NCBI RefSeq assembly: GCF_006345805.1
Contig: NC_043007.1
Span: forward strand, 56,172,001 to 56,236,000
Origin: Octopus sinensis
Lineage: Eukaryota
DNA: 64,000 bases
Reading direction: 5' to 3'
Part shown: piece by piece, positions 38,050-51,969 of the stretch
How positions within the stretch are numbered: the stretch's first letter is position 1
How the letters are laid out: every line of letters begins with the position of its first letter
Program-made: the position numbers and the translations under genes
The notes under the pieces: model-generated
What the model was told of the DNA's origin: nothing
Databases searched by the model: none
The model's input: only the letters and a program-made list of their open reading frames with translations

Positions 38050-39422
38050 TAGGAATCCCAAGCAATTATCGAATCAATTTATCATTGGAGACACTTTCTT
38101 CTAGGTAGACATTTCACATTAATTACTGACCAACGCTCTGTTGCATTTATGTATAATTATAAAGCGACGAGCGAAATGAAAAATGATAAAATTATGGGAT
38201 GGCGCATTCCGTTATCTCCATACTCATATGATATTCACTATCGCCCAGGATCCAGTGACATCGCTCTGGATGCATTCACTAGGGTACAGCTCACATTCAC
38301 TTTATGAGTTACATGCAGCACTGTGTCATCCCGGTGTAATACGCCTCCATCATTTTGTCCGCAGTACAAACCTTCCATATTCGTTGGAGAACGTGAAACA
38401 AATTTGTTGGAATTGCTCTATATGTCAAGAAGTGAAGCCACAATATTATAAATCAAGCTTAGTTAACTTGATTAAGGCCACGCAGCCATTCGAGCGAATT
38501 TCAATCGATTTCAAAGGCCTGATTCTTTCCACGAATCATCCTTATTTTCTAACAATCGTTGATGAATACTCTGTGTCTGTTTGGTTATCCAGTATCTGAC
38601 ACAGCTCAGACTGTAATAAAATGTTTTACGGACTTGCTTTTTGTTTTCGGTATACCCAGATACGTACATTCCCATCGTGGAACTGCCTTTATGCCTATAA
38701 AATTGAGAGAATGGCTCCTTGCAACATGTAGAACACCGTACAATCCCACCGGGAACAGTCAAGTAGAAAGATATAATAGTATTATTTGGAAATCAGTGCT
38801 ACTCTCTTTGAAAACTCGTGCCCTTCCAGCATCTACATGAGAAATAGTTCTTCCAGATGCGCTGCATTCAATCAGATCTCTACTTTGTCCGTCCACCAAC
38901 GCCACTCCTCATGAACGTCTCTTTAAACTATCAAAGACGTTCAGGAACATCTATGCCATCATCTCAACCCAGGACCTGTGTTTGTGCAAAGGAACAATCA
39001 CTGTAGCAAGTATGACCCTATCGTTGACCAAGTTGATTTAATCGAAGCCAAACCACTATACGCTCGCGTTCGTTACCCAGACGGTCGCGAAACCATAGTA
39101 CTTACGAAACAATTGGCATCACCAGGAAAATTAACCCAACTGATGACTTAACCCAGACATTTGTGGTCTCTTAAGAGCCAGACAGTGAGCTAACTGAAAT
39201 GTCTTCGCCTCTTAGAGATAACCCTCTAAAACAAAACGAATAATCTCTTTAGCTGCGTCGATCTCAAAGAATTTGGGAAACCCCAAAAATGCTTGGTCTA
39301 CAAAATAAAAACAAATTTTTTTTTTTTTTAGGTGGGAGTGAATGATATGCAAATTAGTGTTAGGCAAATTGTGTTATGATTTGAGTGACTTCCCTTGATA
39401 TGAAAGGCATGTGCATTTGATG

Positions 39423-39490
<68 letters not shown>

Positions 39491-39592
39491 AGCCATTTTG
39501 AATAACAAATGACATTATAAGACGCTTTACCGTTGTGAACTATGACTGGAAATTAGTTTCTTTGAACCACGAATTACCGGTGATACATAGCA
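38050..39592 (+). mobile_element. Ty3/Gypsy 3' remnant: RNase H end, integrase, PPT and 3' LTR (about 39343-39592)
   Basis: HWRHFLLGRHFTLITDQRSVAFM, HHCC (LHAALCHPG..CWNCSIC), QPFERISIDFKG, HSHRG, PYNPTGNSQVERYN. PPT aggtgggagtgaa, then tgatatg...catagca. Confidence 0.85.
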
Positions 39593-39626
39593 CCTTGTAA
39601 GTTAGAATTTTTAATATTAGTATTAC

Positions 39627-39875
39627 GCATGACCACAGCCGCATGGCTGAAACTAGCAAAAGCGTAAAAGAGCAAAAGGCGGTGAACTGGCAGAATCATC
39701 AGTACGCCGGGCAAAATGCTTACCAGTATTTCGTCAGCCTTTACATTTTGAGTTCAAATTTCGCCGAGATTCCTTTTGGGTCACTAAAACAAGTACTAAT
39801 TGGGCAGTAAGGTCGATGTAACCGACTTTACCTTCCCCCGAAATTGCTGGCCTTGTGCTAAAGTTTGAAACTAAT
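39627..39875 (+). mobile_element. Isolated CR1-group LINE 3' tail (39627-39672) followed by SINE family B
   Basis: gcatgaccacagccgcatggctgaaactagcaaaagcgtaaaagag carries the LINE-type cagcc/ggctg stem; then ggcggtgaactggcagaatc. Confidence 0.7.
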
Positions 39876-39888
39876 AATCATTATATAC

Positions 39889-39945
<57 letters not shown>

Positions 39946-40900
39946 TATATATATATACAGTTCTTAACTCCATGTTTAACATATTCTCTCACAAGAGTTT
40001 TGCTTTCATTAATTCCATTCTTTAATTTTATTACATTTTCCGTTATATCTCTAGAGATATGTTTTGTTTATCTTTTATCTTGTTCCACTTATTTGACTGC
40101 GGCCAAGCTGGAGCACGTTTTGAAGGAATTAGTCGAACAAATCCTTATGCTGATATCAGGGTTTTTATCACTTTTATTTGTAGAGCTTTTGCTACTTATA
40201 TTAGCATTATGGTTAATTATATTACATGCAATTATATTAATATTATCAACTATCCGTTTATTTGCGATATTTACTTGATTAGAAGGTTGAGTGAAATGTT
40301 TTTGTGGTATATTAATGTTTCGTATGTTTACTTAAAGAATGAACACTAAATTTAGAGTTATTTCCATCAGTGGATGTAAGGAATTTGATTTTATCCGCAA
40401 ATCCACCTTTTAATAGAGCCTAATTTTAATATTTGCAGATATTAAGTTTTCCTGTATTTGAGAACAGATTGGATATTTTAAAGGAAATATTCTTTACAAG
40501 ATAACCTATTATAGCTTTTGGTCGATTAGAATTTTTGTGTCTGTAATTAAGATTGGGATCCGAGACACATAATACATACATGCATTCACACACACACACG
40601 CACAAACACTCGCATATACCTTTCCTATATTGTCAATGTGCTAATGGAAGTGGAATGGTGTCTCCTGACGAAGAGGATCCCGTATAATTGACTGCTTTTC
40701 GGAGAAGACCTATACAGCTTCCTTACCCAGTCAAGAGCACAGGTCAGCTGCTGCACATATAAAGAAGTTATGACGAGCTTACCAATGTTATGGGTAGCCA
40801 AGTTTGGTTATCTGTGTTTTTGTGAGGTCGTATTAATTGAAAACTATCTGTGCACTTGCACCACAGCATAAATCAGGGAAGTGATATATATATATATATA

Positions 40901-41052
40901 TATTAATATTTAACAGGAGTAACAGAGTGATTCGATGTCCAAGAGTTTTGTGCGTTGGTACTTATTAAACTTATCAACTAGATTTTGATAAGTGCTTGCG
41001 CAAGAAACTCGCTAATCTTGAATCACTCTGTTGCTTCTGCTAAATATTAATA
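40901..41052. repeat. Imperfect fold-back with degenerate hammerhead-like core in the right arm
   Basis: tattaatatttaacaggagtaacagagtgattc / gaatcactctgttgcttctgctaaatattaata; core at 40980-41018. Confidence 0.8.
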
Positions 41053-41118
41053 AAAAATACATATAACTCATATTTTGAGTTCTATTTTTCCTGTTTGCAC
41101 CAACATACCTATGTGTGT

Positions 41119-41167
<49 letters not shown>

Positions 41168-41218
41168 TGTGTGTGTGAGTGTGTGTGTATGTGCATGTGT
41201 ACATACATATATACATAC

Positions 41219-41284
<66 letters not shown>

Positions 41285-41688
41285 CAATTTCTTAATAGCT
41301 GTGTAAATTACAATGCATATTCCTATAACTGCTTGATGATATTTCCAATAGAACATTGCATTCAGGTTGTATCAAATTCCTCTCTTAAAATGGTATATCA
41401 GATAAAAATATAATATTAGCCGCATTAACTTTCTCTTATTATCCTAGTTCCGTAGTTTACTTAAGCCTAAATATATTTTGGACATTTCCGCCTTTTACCT
41501 TAGATAAACAATTAACACAATCTATCTAACCAATTATTTAATTTCAGACATCTGAAGAAAAGTCGGTTCTATGATCAAATCTGTCTGCATACCTGACTGC
41601 CAGTTTGTCTGTAAGCCAGTTCACCTCTTCGTTTGTTTAAGTGTTGTCAGTTCTTTCCTCTTCATTCTATTAGTCATTGCCACCCAGC

Positions 41689-41776
<88 letters not shown>

Positions 41777-41856
41777 AATATCTATCTATCTATCTATCCG
41801 CTTGTCAGTTTGTCTATCTGATGGTCTTATGGTCTGACCAACTAACCAAACATAGA

Positions 41857-41919
<63 letters not shown>

Positions 41920-42282
41920 CACACACTATTTAACACACCTTTTCTTTTTAACTAAACTACCAGACTGTTTACGTATATCTGTGGCTCCATATATACTTAT
42001 AGTCGGCTTTTTAATTATCTAAACTTGCGTTTGTGCCACAAGTTTATTTATCTGTCAAATTAAATTTCTTTCTTTTTTATAAGTATTATTTTGATTTCGT
42101 TTCTTTCTACTTCCATTTCACCGAACTGACTTCCAAACACTGATTAGTCTAAACATAATTTCTTATTGGAGGATTACTGGGAAACCTCAAAACAGGTGGC
42201 CACAGCTCGGATCACATATGTTGCTATCGATTTAAACCAACAACGAAAACGATAAAACAACGTATGTATGTATGTATGTATG

Positions 42283-42316
<34 letters not shown>

Positions 42317-42344
42317 TGTATGTATGTATGTATGTATGCATGTA

Positions 42345-42551
42345 TAGACGTAACTGTGTGGTAAGAAGTTTGCTTCTCAACCACATAGTTCCGGGTTCAG
42401 TCTCAATGCGTGGCACCTTGGGCAAGTGTGTGGATTCAATAAACGGAAACTGAAAGAAGCCCGTGACATATTTATATGTACGAGTGTGTATGTGTGTGTG
42501 TGTGTGTATGTGTGTGTGTGTGTGTGTATGTGTGCGCGTGTATGTGTGCGC

Positions 42552-42584
<33 letters not shown>

Positions 42585-42805
42585 TCTTTGTGTCTGTGTT
42601 TGTCTCCCACCCACCACCGCTTGACAACTGTGTTGCTGTGTTTGCGCCCCAGTAAATTAACGGTTCGGTTTAAGAGAACGATAGAATAAGTATTAGGCTT
42701 TAAAAAAGTCAGTCCTGGCGTCGATTTGTTCGTCTAAAATCCTTGAAGGTGATGCCCCAGCAAGGCCACAATCAAATGACTGAAACAAGTGAAAGACAAA
42801 AAGAT
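42345..42805 (+). mobile_element. SINE family A
   Basis: Head, CORE-like ccttgggcaagtg, internal (TG)n(GA)n, tail ggtgatgccccagc..aaatgactgaaacaagt. Confidence 0.85.
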
Positions 42806-42936
42806 ATGTATGTGTGATTCTCAATTCGAGCGTGTGTGTGTGTATGCAATAAATTTAGAAACGATGTCGAGTGACAATTCTGTAAATAATTATCATATTT
42901 TTATATAAGCTTAAAACTTAAAAGCGATCATTGTTC

Positions 42937-43089
42937 ATTGACTAATGAAAATAGTCTAGTATTGGGGTAAATAAGTCCTCGACGGAAAAAGTGGGTTTTC
43001 CATACGCATGGGACTCGAATCTACGGAAAATCCGCTATTTCCGTCGAGGGCTTATGTGCTCCAATACTAGACTGTTTTCTTTAGTTAAT
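42937..43089. repeat. Imperfect fold-back with tRNA T-arm-like apex
   Basis: attgactaatgaaaatagtctagtattgggg..cctcgacggaaa / tttccgtcgagg..ccaatactagactgttttctttagttaat; apex minus strand gtagattcgagtcccatgcg. Confidence 0.85.
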
Positions 43090-44435
43090 ACGCAGTGTTG
43101 AGCTGGGTGGTGCTGTGTTCAAATCCCACCGTGATCTATTGCTTTTTTTATCCTTTAAGAGTTGCTTAAGCAATCAACAAAAGTCACCTCAATCATACAT
43201 ATATTGGTTATAAATTTTGCCACAAAGTCAGCAATTATGAAGAAAGGTGCAAGCCGACTACATCGACCCCAAGGGCATTTGAGCTCGGAACGTAATGTCG
43301 GAAGAAATGCTTCTAAGCATGTTTTCTGGTGTGGTAATTATTTTGTCACCTCGCCGCTTTTAGGAGTTACATATATTATTTGAACAAGCTTGTATCGGCC
43401 CCATGCAACCTTGAGCTTTGTAGCCTCGTCACAGCAGGACTCTTGCTCGTCTGAGTCCGACAAGCAAGGTTCATGTGACGAGCTTGTGAAACTTGAAGTC
43501 GATTGGTGCACGAATCAAACTGCTTTGTAGATAACTATATATTTTTCAACCCGAAGAGCTAGCTTAATATCTGAATTAATTCAAGCATTGCTTATATTAA
43601 TTCAGACATGTAAGTAATTATAAAAAATAATAAAACAAATTATATATGCATGTCTTACTAAGTTGCAAAACAATTATCATTATACAAGGATTTCCAATTA
43701 CTAACTAAATTGTATACTATATTTCTCTCGGTATATATGACTTTATATATATAGATATATATATGTGTGTGTGTGTGTGTGTGCGTGTGTGTGTGTGTGT
43801 GTGTGTGCGTGTGTGTATGCATGTATTTATGCATGTACTTATATACATACATATATATGTGTGTGTACTTAACACTTCCGATAAAATAAGTATTCCGATA
43901 AAATAAGTATAAGGCTTAATAGACAATAAGTACGAGGCCTATTCGTCCGACTAAAAATTTACCAAAACGGTACCCCAGCATGGACGCAGTGTAATGAGTG
44001 AAAAAATATATATATATATATACTAGAATCGCACTTGACACTCAAGAGTATATTATATATATATATAATATATATATATATATATTATATTGTGTGTGTT
44101 GTGTGTGTGTGTGTATATATGTATGTATATATATATATATATAAAACATACATGCGTATATATACTTACATATATATGTATATACATATTCATATATATG
44201 TATGTATATATGTATATGTATATATATATATTATATATATATATATATATAGGCGCAGGAGTGGCTGTATGGTAAGTGGCTTGCTTACCATATATATATA
44301 TATGTATGTGTGTGTGTGTGTGTATATATATGTATGTATATATGTATGTATATATATATATATATATATATAAAACATACATGCGTATATATACTTACAT
44401 ATATATGTATATACATATTCATATATATGTATGTA

Positions 44436-44510
<75 letters not shown>

Positions 44511-44513
<3 letters not shown>

Positions 44514-44890
44514 CGCAGGAGTGGCTGTATGGTAAGTGGCTTGCTTACCAACCACATAGCTCTGGGTTCAGTCCCACCGCATGGCACCTTGGCCAAATGT
44601 CTTCTACTATAGCCTTGGGCCAATCAAACCATTGTGTGTGTGTTTGGTAGACGGAAACTGAAAGAAGCCCGTCGTATATGTGTACGTGTGTGTGTTTGTG
44701 TGTCTGTGTTTGTTTCTCAACATCGCTTGACAACCGATGATGGTGTGTTTACGTCCATGTTCGGAAGGAAAACCCATAGAATAAGTACTAAGCTTACAAT
44801 GACTAAGTCGTGGGATCGATTTGCTCGACTAAAGACAGTACTCGAACATATCTGCAGTCAAATGGCTGAAAGATATAAAAGAATAAAAAA
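44511..44890 (+). mobile_element. SINE family A (head duplicated at 44251-44290)
   Basis: Full head-CORE-SSR-tail structure directly after (TA)n. Confidence 0.85.
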
Positions 44891-45014
44891 TATACATACA
44901 TTGTACCCTGACTTTTAACAATATGTATATATATATATATAATATAATATATATATATATATATATTATATTATATATATATATATTATAATATATATAT
45001 AATATAATATAATA

Positions 45015-45413
45015 TAATATAAATCCCGTCCGGTCTCTGTGTGTGTAAAAGTTCATAACGGCTATATTTTTCAACTGATTTTCTCCAAACTGGGAACATA
45101 CATTACCTATGTTCCAGAGATGGTTTTAAACTTTTAAAATTATTCACATAATGAGTAACGGTTCTTCTAGAGGCAGAAAAATTCCGTTCCTGGGTTCCGT
45201 GGATAAGGGAGGTAACTCTTTGCAAAGTAATTTTCAGAAATTGATTGTTTCCCTTACATCCATTGGTCAAAAAATTATCACAATCTCATCTAATATATAA
45301 TAGGGATGTGTGTATTCGCTTTTCACGCGTATCTCTATCTCTCTATATCTCTCTGTCCATCTCTATCTTTATATTTATCTACCCCCCTCTCTCTCTCTCT
45401 CTCTTTCTCGCTA

Positions 45414-45484
<71 letters not shown>

Positions 45485-46797
45485 TTAGCTATCTTATTTG
45501 TCTAACTAGCTAGCTCTTTCTTCCTCTCCTCCTCCTCTCTCAATATTTCACTTAGTCTGTTGTTTTCACCTTCATTTTTCAGACGCTATTGTTTTCACTG
45601 TAAGTTTTCAATCGCTATTTACAAACAACAACGACAAATTATTGACAGAAAGCAGTTCACAATTACTGATGAAAGTAATCTCATACAAAATTTACTGACA
45701 GAAGTAACTTCATAAATTTAATTTCAGTCAATACACTTCGTTAAATTTTCCTGCAAATTTCTTATTTACTTAGGCAACATTTTGTGTTTTTTTTGTTGTT
45801 GACGGAATTACTGATAAAAGTAAGTTTATAAATAACTGACAGAAGTAACTTCAAAAATTTCTTTACACTTCGTTAATTTTCCGAAAAGTCTCTCATTTAC
45901 TTCTGCAACGGGATTTTTGTTTTCCTGTTGTTAACAGGTTTTTTATGGTTCGTTCTATACTGGCTTTTTGGTTCACTAAGTGACAAATTTCGCTTCAGCA
46001 TGTACAATTCTTTATTTTCCGTAAAAATTTCTTATTTACTTTCTGTCCGTCGTATTAAGTAATATAATTTCCGCTACCCAGTTATTTCATTGTTTACTAC
46101 CTTCTGTATACGTATATAGCCATGCCTAGAAGGAAAGTGTCAGATTTGTCTACAATGTCCAGGTCAGCCAAATGAATGTCCCTGTCCAGTGTAAGAGAGA
46201 CAGCTGCAGAAATGGAAGCATACCAAGAAACGAACAGACTGTGCACTACAAAAGCCAGAGCAAAGTGATGAACAGAGGTATGCATTGCTGAATAGGAATA
46301 TAATCTCCACTACAGAACGAAGAGCAGTTGCAGTAGCTTAGAGAAGCAACTTCCATGACGCAACTTTCAATTATGACCCAGTAGTTCATTATGCAGATGA
46401 CACTAGAGTTTCCATTGGTGCAATGACAACTCAGTGCATACACTGTAAAGCAAAGAGGTAGCCTGGAGAGACAACTTCACTGTGCTGCAGTGGTGGAAAG
46501 TTTAAACTCGCTGCAATCCCCCAAACTCCAGAGCCATTGAAGAAACTGTTGTCATCAATTGACCAAGATTCCAAACACTTCCAAAACAAAATTAGACAAT
46601 GCAATACAGTACTACAGATTACATCATTTGGAGCCACAAGATTCATGCAAACTTTTAAGATCCAAGTTTAGCTTCATCATCAGATTGGCTTTCTACTACC
46701 TGTCAAATGAATCATCAAAATTGGTCTTTCATTGTTTATACTCTATAATAAATTTCATTATTCTCTTTAACCCGGCAAACGCTGGCTATATCTGCTA

Positions 46798-46798
<1 letters not shown>
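45015..46798 (+). mobile_element. Internally deleted Helitron with N-terminal RepHel fragment (about 46120-46650)
   Basis: FNYDP..IGAMTTQCIHCKAKR*PGETTSLCCSGGKFKL..PEPLKKLL..SKHFQNKIRQ..ITSFGAT. The 3' end ccggcaaacgctgg..tgCTAG is a hairpin plus CTRR. Confidence 0.85.
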
Positions 46799-46847
<49 letters not shown>

Positions 46848-47300
46848 GTATAAAGTCATCTTTCTCACCACCACAAAATGCATTCTCCTTTACTGAAAAG
46901 AAAGACTTGATCTACCATGCTTTAATGAAAGAGTTAGCGATTAGGGTAGTATGGTTCAGAATCATCATTCCAGACGTCACTGTCCAGAACTCAAATTCCA
47001 TTGACCTCAACTTTGTAAGTTCAATGTTAACCTCTCTCTCTCTCCCTCTCCCTCTCTCTCTTCTACTCTCTTTCTGGATTGTACCTCTGATTCATGGGTC
47101 CAATCTCATCCCGCTGACAGGAGCTGTGAATTACATTAAGGGTATACCTATATTATTTCTTTGACGGGACACCCACTTACATATCAATATTCTAATTTTA
47201 CGATAACGTAATTCGTTTGTTCAAACTACTGAATCCACATCGTCGATGTATACGCGCGCGCGCACACACGTACACACATACATACACACATACACACACG

Positions 47301-47347
<47 letters not shown>

Positions 47348-47758
47348 ACACGCAAGTACAGAGTGAGTGAGAGAGAGACAAGGTTGAGAGAGAAGGGAAA
47401 CAGAGAAAGTCCAATGTGTTATTTGAAAGATCACTTTGCGTTGTATGCTACATAAAGAGTCCATAATTCTACCAACAATTATCTCCCCATACATACGTAC
47501 ATTCATTCAATACATGCAAATATACAAATCTGCACATATACACACATACATACACGCAGCAAACCTAGTCGGTATCAATGCTTTCTATAACGACGTGTAT
47601 CAGAAAACCAGTCTCTATAAATTACGAGAGCCCTGTTACATAACGAACCAAGCCGATAAGCATTATTGGCAATGAATATATTTTGTATTTTCTTAGGCTC
47701 TCGGAACTGAGATTGGCTGGCTTTCTGAAACCTCTGAAACACGAGCGCTCCAGCGTGT

Positions 47759-47814
<56 letters not shown>

Positions 47815-47819
47815 TTGTA

Positions 47820-48704
47820 TTGGGTCATCCCATAAATAATGTGTTTTTTTAAAGACTATTTTTATCTTTTAAAACAGGTAAACAAAGTTTTTCTTTAATC
47901 TAAAATATCCTCTCCTGCATTTTCTACATCTATCTGCTAGACTTCCAAGACCCCTCTTCCAAAATTCACTTGCCCGTGTCGAAAAATGCTCCTCCAGTAC
48001 GTATTTTTTCGTTCAAATAATTTTGAAGACTGCGGAACAGATGATAACCAGATGGGCCAATGTCCGGCGAATATGTGGGTGGTGCTTCGTTTCCCATTCA
48101 AACTATTCCAGCGTTTGGAATGTCATCTCCGCTGTATGTGGCCGAGTATTGTCCTGATGGAAGAACACCTTTCGTCATACAACCAAAGATGGTCGTTTTT
48201 CTTCTAGCGCTAACTTGAATGACCAGTTGAATGACCAAATCCGAGCTTCTCTGCTAATTCCTCAACAGTTACAATGGGATTTTTTTCCACCATGATTTAC
48301 AGGACGTCCTCGTGGAGCTCTACAGATCTTCCAGAACAAGGCTCGTCTTCTCGGTTGTAGTTTCCGGTTCGGAATTTCTGGAATTACCGTTGACACTTGC
48401 TTACGCTTATAGCCCGATACCCATATTCTGCATTAATATTCCTCGCACTTTCCGTTGCGCTGTTGACTTTATTAAAATTATAAAGCAAAATATGCCGAAT
48501 ATACTCCTTTGTCACTTCCATTATAGCTTTGAAAAAATAACTGTTAAAATCGAACATCAATCTTCAAAACTTGCACTAAGAATAAGTACAAGGTAAAATT
48601 ACTACTTGCTTTTTTAGTAACTTGGTGCAGGTAGGTTATCCCTTAACCCTCTGACTTTTAGTTCATGCAATTGAAAAAAAGGTATCATTTATGGGATGAC
48701 CCAA
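47820..48704 (-). mobile_element. Internally deleted mariner element with both TIRs and TA target duplication
   Basis: TA|ttgggtcatcccataaat ... atttatgggatgacccaa|TA. Minus strand MEVTKEYIRHILLY..SGRS, HQDNTRPH, then the YSPD-region remnant. Confidence 0.9.
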
Positions 48705-48716
48705 TACACACGCGCG

Positions 48717-48788
<72 letters not shown>

Positions 48789-48981
48789 TGCATATTTGTG
48801 TGTGTGTGTGTGTGCGTGTGTGTTTGTGTGTGTGTGTCTTTGTGTCTGTGCTTGTTCCCTCATCTCCGCTTGACAACCGTTGATAGAATAAGTACTAGGC
48901 CTAAGGCGGTGCTCTAGCACGGCCGCAGTGACAAGTTAAAAAATAAAAGAATACATGTATGCATGTGTGTGTATGCGTATG

Positions 48982-49037
<56 letters not shown>

Positions 49038-49630
49038 ATATATATAATATATATATATATTGTGTGTGTGTGTGTGTGGTGTGTGTGTGTGTATGTTTAT
49101 ATATAATTTTGTAATTTTAAACATGATGCCAAAATATCAGCTACAGATTAATAACAATTTACCATATGACATATGATATGAAACATAATAGGAAAAAGTA
49201 AATAAAATCTGTGGGTTATGGTATTATAGCCAACGAGACGAGTGAATCCAACTAAAAAGCGAAACTGTGTGGTCAACTTGTTTTGTTGAAACTTCAACCC
49301 TATTCAACTGCACACTGATAGGTAAAATACAGTTGTCTCCCTTACATACTGGAAGCATGCTAACTTCAGCTACGCTTTCCAATGAATATAGTTTATGACA
49401 TTTACAGAAAAGTGAAACTGATCAAATATATGGAAGTTCATATATGAACATAAACAGTCTGCTAGTTCGGCTAAAGAAGAACAGGTTTGTTAAATAAAAA
49501 GAGAGAAAATAAAGTTTAGTTGGCTGCTGGTAATGGTCAGACTACGGATGGTTAGGTAAACAGATAGATAAGAAGACAGATAGACAAACAGAGAAACAGC
49601 GACAAAGACAAACAGACAGTTAGATAGATA

Positions 49631-51886
49631 TATTAAGCCACACAAGGCCGAATACAAAGGGGACGAATACAATGTAGAGGTTTACTTTTCGTAGAAAAAG
49701 AGGAGGAAAAAATTCTGATCAAAAGGGATCGTGTATCAGAACAGAATAAAAATGTAAAAAACAGATTAGGTTTGTCCGTGGAAATAAAATCCTACGAAAA
49801 AGACTACCGTAACCTCAGGCAAGGAGGGAAAAAACACATGAGAGCAAAGTGTTCTCTCTCTCTCCCTCTTTTGGATTTACAGGATCATGCTCAAAGTGGT
49901 TTCGTCATTCGAGGGTACCATCTTTGCTACATTCACTCACCTTTTATCGCATCTTTCATGAGACAAAACTTTCCTCTCTATCTTACCTTCCTTTTCATGT
50001 AAAAGTTGATGAACTATTGGCTAGAGACGAAAGTGTTTGTCTCTAAATCTTTCGCTCGAGTCCACCACACACATTCTTTCACAATGGCCACCAGTACGAT
50101 GAAAACTGCATTGCCTTCTCGCTTAAGAGAAGGTGGCGGGGCAATTTTCACGATAGACTCGACCGACAACCGATTTCGTCTCACATGTGACAGTAGCAGC
50201 CATTCGGCATAAGCCCACAGGTCCGAAATGGTTGGACACTGCACGAATGCGTGCAGAACGTTTTCATCGCTCTGACCGCATCTCGGGCAAGTCGGTCCGG
50301 TGTATCTCGAACGGGCAATGCTACCCGATAGCACTTCCAGGCCAGGGATCTCTGGTGATTCTCCATAGGTCCCAGCCAGAAAGTTGTCCTGAACAGACGG
50401 GTCAGGTGTTCTTCGTCGACGCCCAGATTCTCCCCGAGAACGTCGTCGCTCTTCCCCTCCACTAATCCTCTATAGAACGCCTTCGTGGAATTGAAGTCGC
50501 ATAAGTTTGGTCCCGGACGGTAGGGTTGCGGGAAAGCGTGCCTGACAAACGGCGACTACACCTGTTCACCGTCGTCTATGAAGCGCCGGAGATATCGCAG
50601 TCTCGGTGCATGTCTGTGCATCATCAACCACGACATGCCCAGCCCTCCATTTAGTGGGTGTTGACCGCAAATGGATCGCCTAACCATCGGAACGCTTCCC
50701 TTCCACAAAAAGCGGAAGAGTATATGTTCCAGTTTGGTGATGGAAGAGTATACGTTGCAGTTTGGTAACGCTCAGAGGGTAATTGATGACGGATGCGATG
50801 TACACATTCGCTACCTTCGTCCGATCTTTTAGGAATAGCTTCCTCTCGGCCACACTACTCGTTATCTCGTCCCAGTTCTTCTCCATTTGGAGGTCCGGTC
50901 CGAACCAGACCCCTAGCAATTTAACCGGTCCGTCGGTCCAGCGTCCCACGATGGAGACGTTCTTGGACGGCAATGGGCTTGCTTCTCCGGGTGCCGAGCC
51001 GCAAGCCCACTGACTTTTCCCAGTTAATTTTCGCTCCCATTACCGCTTTGTATTCTTTTAGTGTCTCGCCGACCAGGTCGATATGCCGGGTGACGTATGC
51101 AGACACGCTCCTACAGCATCCCAGTTCTCGCGGGATACGACTCAGCGTCGCCAGCTTCTGCAATAGTGGCTCTAGAGTTAATACATACAGAAGCGACGAG
51201 AGGGTGCATCCTTGACGGACAGAACGCGTGATGTTAAATGGTCTGGACAGGTAACCATTTACGCAAACTGCCGAGCGGATGTCACTGTTTCAGGCAGCGA
51301 TCCAACCGCGGAAGATAGCACCGAAATCAGCCGCTCTAAGGACAGCCTCCAAGTAGTGATGGTCGACTCTATCGAAAGCTTTTGATTGATCCAAATTGAT
51401 TAGCGCTCCACCCATGCCAGGTTCCCAATCTATGATGTAACGCATCAAATGGAGGTTGTCATGGATATTCCTGCTCGGCACGGTGCATGTTTGCTCCTTG
51501 TTGACCAGTTTCTCGATGACAAGCGCCAACCTCCAGGTTAGCACTTTGGCCAAAATCTTCAAATCTGCTTTCAGCAGAGTGATGGGCCTGCAGTTATCTA
51601 TGACGTTCCCCTTGTTTGGATCTTTGTTTAACAGTGCCACTGCTCCTCTCTTCATAGAAACGAGGATACTTCCGTTTTGCTGCCAGTTGCAGTAGACTGC
51701 TGCCAAGACACCTCCAAACAAGTCTGGCAAGTGACAATAGAGCTCATAGGGCAGACCATCCAAGTCTTGTCTCCCGCGCAGCCTGCTATCGCATCCCGTA
51801 CGTCCGCGGCCGTGATGGATCTTTCACAACACTCCGCCTCTCTTGCTGAGAGTCGTGGCAGGCCATGCAGGTAGGCACTAAAGTCC

Positions 51887-51887
<1 letters not shown>
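49631..51887 (-). mobile_element. 5'-truncated degenerate Tx1 LINE flanked by (GATA)n
   Basis: DGLPYELY, RPITLL, LDQSKAFDRVDH, CPRCGQSDENVLHAFVQC. (GATA)n at 51888-51968 and degenerate GATA/GACA at 49560-49630. Confidence 0.92.
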
Positions 51888-51969
<82 letters not shown>

